The position numbers were made by a program, and so were the translations under genes. The notes beneath the pieces are model-generated. The model saw only the letters and a list, made by a program, of their open reading frames with translations. It made no database searches and was not told the origin of the DNA. From Paramicrosporidium saccamoebae KSL3 (taxonomy: Eukaryota; Fungi; Cryptomycota), in contig MTSL01000126.1 of the NCBI GenBank assembly GCA_002794465.1, forward strand, positions 67,160-99,159: 32,000 nt of DNA. Reading direction: 5' to 3'. Below are positions 27,901 to 32,000 of this stretch, piece by piece (the first letter of the stretch is position 1; each line of letters starts with the position of its first letter).

Positions 27901-30900
27901 TGCAAGAGCAATGCTTGGTCATTTCGATGGTCACCGCGAAATTTCTTCAAAGGCCATCAAGTTTTTCAAGAGCGCCCTTCCTCCGCTCGACTTTGAGCAA
28001 AGATTCAAATCGTCCCTATTCAAGATTCTGGCGTTTGTGGTACTGTATTATCACGAACTTTCCACTCCAGACGATGGTATGGTAGCTGAAGGACGTTTAA
28101 TTTGGTGTAGTGTTTCAGCAGTGCTTTGCACATGTTTGCTCAACTGTCAAGTTGGAAGTCAAGAATGTATTTGACAGCATTTATGGGAGTATTCTGCTAA
28201 TGGAGATGATGAACACTTGTAATAACGACGTCGCGCTCCTATCTGTGCATTTACGTTCCACACTCTTTCTTGTCTCTAAATGCTCCAATGTGCATCCTCG
28301 CATCACTGACTATCTGCTCGCTCACATTGAGCAGAGTGCTTCTAGGGGGGCTGGTGACACGCTAAGGAAAGCGCTAGAATCTCGACGCACTGAAACCGGG
28401 CTGGACAGCGTCTTGCGCACGTCTGACGTCCAATTAGGCATCTGCCATGAAATTATGCTCAAGTTTCATGTGGTTCCGTTGAAATTGTGCCCAGAAGTTT
28501 TAAAGATTGTCAGTGAAGCGGTTAATTCAGTTGCAAGCGACCGTGTTCCAGAAGAACTTTTATTCGCGCGCATTCCAAATGGATCTCGGTTTATTCCCAA
28601 AGCCTCATTGGTAGATAAAGCCATTTGCGAGGATGATGCTGACGCTCAGTTTATCGCGCAAAGATTGTTGGATACGGGAGCACTGTCACTATTTGAGCCA
28701 ATGTTCAAGTCTGCCAGTGTTGTCCGCGCTTGTGGGCGTTGGATCTGTGCTGCTCTACTGGCCAGCAGCCCCGCCAAAAGAGACGATTTTACTAGCCGTT
28801 GCCCACCGTCATTTATAGCATGCCTTGCTGAGGGGCTGAAAATTTTGCAAGTGTCCTTGGCTACTCCAGAGATTGGAAGGATTGCTCATTTCACGACAGA
28901 TCATGTTGTCAACTTGTTCTTGGCTGAAACTATGAATAGCACGGATAAACAGCTATTCCATTCAATATTTAATTCCTTGCCAGATACGGACTATCAGAAT
29001 TATTCAAAAATCCTTGGTGAGTCGATGGATCTTGAGCAAGAGGATCAAATTTTGGACCGACAGCTTGTCAAGTACGCTAAAGAGTCTTTACTTTTAAATC
29101 AATGCTGGGACATTACCGACGTTCCACCATCATATGATCATTGTAATGAAGACAACCGACTCTATCTAGTACTCCGTAGCATGGTCGCCGATCAAAGTGT
29201 ATTGGATAAAAGCCAGTTTCCAGCAGATCCTGCACTTTCACTTGTGGTTGCTAGTGCCAAGGCGCTGGTTAATCCGGAGAAGCGGGGCACTATTACAAAT
29301 TTGGCGTTTCAGAAATTTATGGAGAGCAAGAATGACCCACGGAAACTATACAAGGTGCAGCGGGCAATCCAAGTATCTGCAGACCGGCTTGATCTTGTAG
29401 ATTTGCAAGTCATGGCCAAAATTGCAAAGGCTACATTTTTATGGAAGGCTAACGTGAAAGAGAGGGCCCTGCAAGTCATTTACGATGCTGCATGCAGCGA
29501 TCATGAGTCAGCACTTGATGAGATCAGGACTGCACTCTTGTTAAAAGTATCAAAGTATGCATGGAAGATGAAGAGCAAAACGGCAAATCAAATCCGACGA
29601 GAATATCTAGACCGAATCGACGTCTCCAAGCACACTCTTCTCCAGCGTTCAAAGGCCTTTAATGCGACAGCACGATTTTATGACGAGCAATACCAAAACC
29701 AAGAAGCATTGGGATTGCTGGCAGCTAGAAAAAAGCTGCTAGTGGACTCTCGAAAGGACTTGTCCGAGCAGACAACTTTACGAGATGCGAAATTGTATGA
29801 AAAGAGCAAGCTCGAGTTGAAGCGACAAATACGACAGGATGAATTGGACCTGGAAAGGATGCTGAATGACAGGGCATCGTATGGTCTGAAAGCTGCTGCC
29901 AATTACTTGAAAGCAATCACACATGGTGACAAGTATGACATGACGGTATTCAGAATCTGCTCCCTGTGGTTTTCATTTAAAAATGCCCCTCAGATTAATG
30001 AAATGCTAAATCGCCAGGTTCCGACCCACAAATTTATTCCGCTAATGTACCAGCTTGTTGCCCGGGCAGAACAAACAGAAGATGATGATTTGTTTCAGAC
30101 TACCTTGCAGAACCTCCTTCAAGATATCCTCTGCAACCATCCTTACCACAGTCTTCATCAGTTGCTCGCAATGCGATCGAGTGGGAGCACAGCAATAGGT
30201 TCAAAGCGGAGGCTAGTGTGTAGTGATAATATTCAGGATAGGCGCGCGCAGGCCGCAGGCCAAATAGTTGCCAAAGGAAAATGCTTGGCAATCAAGGACT
30301 TGATCTGCGACACTGAAAAGTTGTGGGCTGCGTATACGGAGATGGCATCATCAGAGCTGCCGCCCGATACCTCGACCAAAGTTGTACATGCATTTGAGGC
30401 TCGTTGGTGTATTCGGAAGATGAACGACCTGTGTTGTCCTGTGCTCACTCTGTCCATTCCTGTAGATGTATCCGGCCGTTATGCGGGCCTAACAACGGTT
30501 GTTGGATTTGCTCCTGAAGGCTACCGCGTGATTGGTGGTGTCAACTTGCCCAAAATTGTCCAGTGTCGAGGCTCTGATGGGCGACTCTATCGACAGCTGG
30601 TCAAGGGACGAGATGATGTTCGACAGGTATATATAGGACTGAAATGTCATGTTTGTAGGATGCCGTTATGGAGCAGATATTTAGGCTGGTGAACAGAGTA
30701 TTGTCAACAAATCCCCTTACAGCTCAGCTGAGTCTTCGAACGTACCGAGTGATTCCGCTGCAGCCGCTAGCAGGTGTGATTGAATGGATCGAAAATGCAG
30801 TTCCCATCGGCGACTATCTCAACTCTGCCCACCCACGATTCCGCCCACAGGATATTGCACCCAAAGAGGCTCGTGGCATCATGAAGAGGGAGTTTGAAAG

Positions 30901-31594
30901 GCCCGACTCTAACCCCTCGTCAAAGCACTGTGTGTTTATGGAAGAGATCCAAGCGCGCTTCAAGCCAGTCTTTCGCCATTTCTTTCTAGAATCGACCTAT
31001 TCGATACACCAGTGGTACTGTAAAAGACTGCACTATATCAAGTCGACTGCAGTTGGCTCGATGATTGGCTACATTGTAGGCCTCGGAGACAGGCACTGCC
31101 AGAACATTATGATGGATCAGGATAGCGGGGAGCTGATCCATATTGACTTGAACATGATTTTCGAGTTTGGAAAGACGCTGCGGATCCCAGAGCGAGTCCC
31201 ATTTCGTCTAACTCGCGACCTGGTAGACGGTATGGGATTTGCCGGAGTAGAGGCCGGGTTCACAGGCAAGGCAACCAGCGTGATGATTGCTGTCAGGAAC
31301 AAGATGGACATTATGTTGATGGTAATGGAGGCGTTCAAGTATGATCCCTTGTATCGTTGGGCCAATCTGAATGCGGCTGTCAAGGAAACTTTTGCTCCCG
31401 ATACGCCGATTGACGATTCTGGGACGGTTAACAAGGAAGCGGACCGGGCCTTGCTTCGAGTAAGAGAAAAGCTGCTTGGACTTGAAGAGGGAACCTTACT
31501 AAGCGAGCGCGGCCAAGTCTCTTACCTCGTATTGTCAGCTACAAACGAAGAATTGCTAGCCCAAATGTATCATGGATGGCAGCCATGGATGTAG
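24917..31594 (+). CDS. TEL1: PIKK kinase Tel1/ATM, about 2171 aa, 6 exons (24917-27319, 27352-27411, 27444-27503, 27536-28076, 28111-30626, 30659-31594)
   Basis: TAN motif LTSERAKERTEAL matches (L/V/I)xxx(R/K)xx(E/D)RxxxL. Kinase motifs KGRDDVRQ|DAVMEQ, GLGDRHCQN and HIDLN...PERVPFRLTRDLVDGMG; FATC LAQMYHGWQPWM. Five introns of 32, 32, 32, 34 and 32 nt restore one frame. Confidence 0.9.
27291..27556 (+). repeat. 92-bp tandem repeat, about 2.9 copies, inside Tel1/ATM (each unit = 60-nt exon sequence plus 32-nt intron)
   Basis: Units start at 27291, 27383 and 27475; copies 2 and 3 are nearly identical and copy 1 is more diverged. Confidence 0.92.
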
Positions 31595-31633
31595 CGGAAT
31601 TGTAGAGTAGTGGAATGTTTATCTAGGCGCTAA

Positions 31634-31668
31634 GTGCTGGATGCTGGGTGCTGGGTGCTAGGTGCTGG
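31634..31668. repeat. 7-bp tandem repeat GTGCTGG, 5 copies, downstream of the Tel1/ATM stop
   Basis: GTGCTGG ATGCTGG GTGCTGG GTGCTAG GTGCTGG. Confidence 0.75.
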
Positions 31669-31718
31669 GTATTATACTCTCCAATATTTGGACACTATGT
31701 CAGTGAGCTCGTACCAAT

Positions 31719-31746
31719 TGGTAATAAACAATTCCCTGTCGCCCAT
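31719..31746. repeat. Dispersed 28-bp intergenic motif, copy 2
   Basis: TGGTAATAAACAATTCCCTGTCGCCCAT; 26/28 identical to 14313-14340. Confidence 0.75.
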
Positions 31747-32000
31747 ATTGTGGTCGTACTCTCGCTACGCAACACAAAGAGTCTGTAGAAGGATTGAACT
31801 GACTTATTAAAGTCAAAGTGTTGTGCGATGAACTGGACTGAGTCAGATCAGGGCGCCTCGTTAACTAACCTCTCGATAATAGGCTCATTTCGAACAAAGA
31901 AGGCGCTGATCCGTCTACCTGACAATTGAGAGGGGTTACTCAGCAAAGGGCTGCAGGAGGTGGCCACGCCAGATGCTTATCACATTGATGTGGGGGGGGG

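Noticed and set aside
1133-31434. Numerous 60-160 aa ORFs overlapping or antisense to the called genes
   Set aside because: They are shadows of real coding sequence, with no independent motifs, signal peptides or promoter context.
7170-31594. Pseudogene or frameshift reading of the split myosin, RQC2, PDI and Tel1 ORFs
   Set aside because: Every break is bridged by a 31-38 nt GT..TAG intron that restores conserved motifs in frame.
31861-31875. CTAACCT as a telomerase-RNA template next to Tel1
   Set aside because: A 7-nt match is expected by chance, and no template-boundary or other telomerase RNA features can be supported.

Overview
This is gene-dense eukaryotic DNA, not prokaryotic. I reconstructed 16 spliceosomal introns by hand; all are 29-38 nt and all are GT...TAG. 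Intergenic spacers are short. The housekeeping genes look fungal or opisthokont: class V myosin, guanylate kinase, Rqc2/NEMF, an ERp38-type PDI, a GT34 glycosyltransferase, Tel1/ATM and a bZIP factor. This pattern fits a compact early-diverging fungus or Rozellomycota-type parasite such as Paramicrosporidium, but that is inference and was not verified. Two islands are dominated by secreted or orphan proteins. The first (1-6900) holds three S33/TAP-like alpha/beta hydrolases, a small protein with a HEPN-like RNxxxH motif and two secreted orphans. The second (14500-18960) holds a hyper-N-glycosylated fasciclin, four tandem paralogs of an unnamed secreted beta-rich domain and a secreted orphan. 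The strongest unusual signals are: (1) a 92-bp exon+intron cassette triplicated inside Tel1/ATM; (2) a bZIP gene with two tiny uORFs and a perfect AP-1/Gcn4 palindrome in its own promoter; (3) the four-paralog array with a perfectly duplicated 36-bp non-coding element; (4) the HEPN-like orphan. All family assignments come from motif recognition by eye; no database searches were run.
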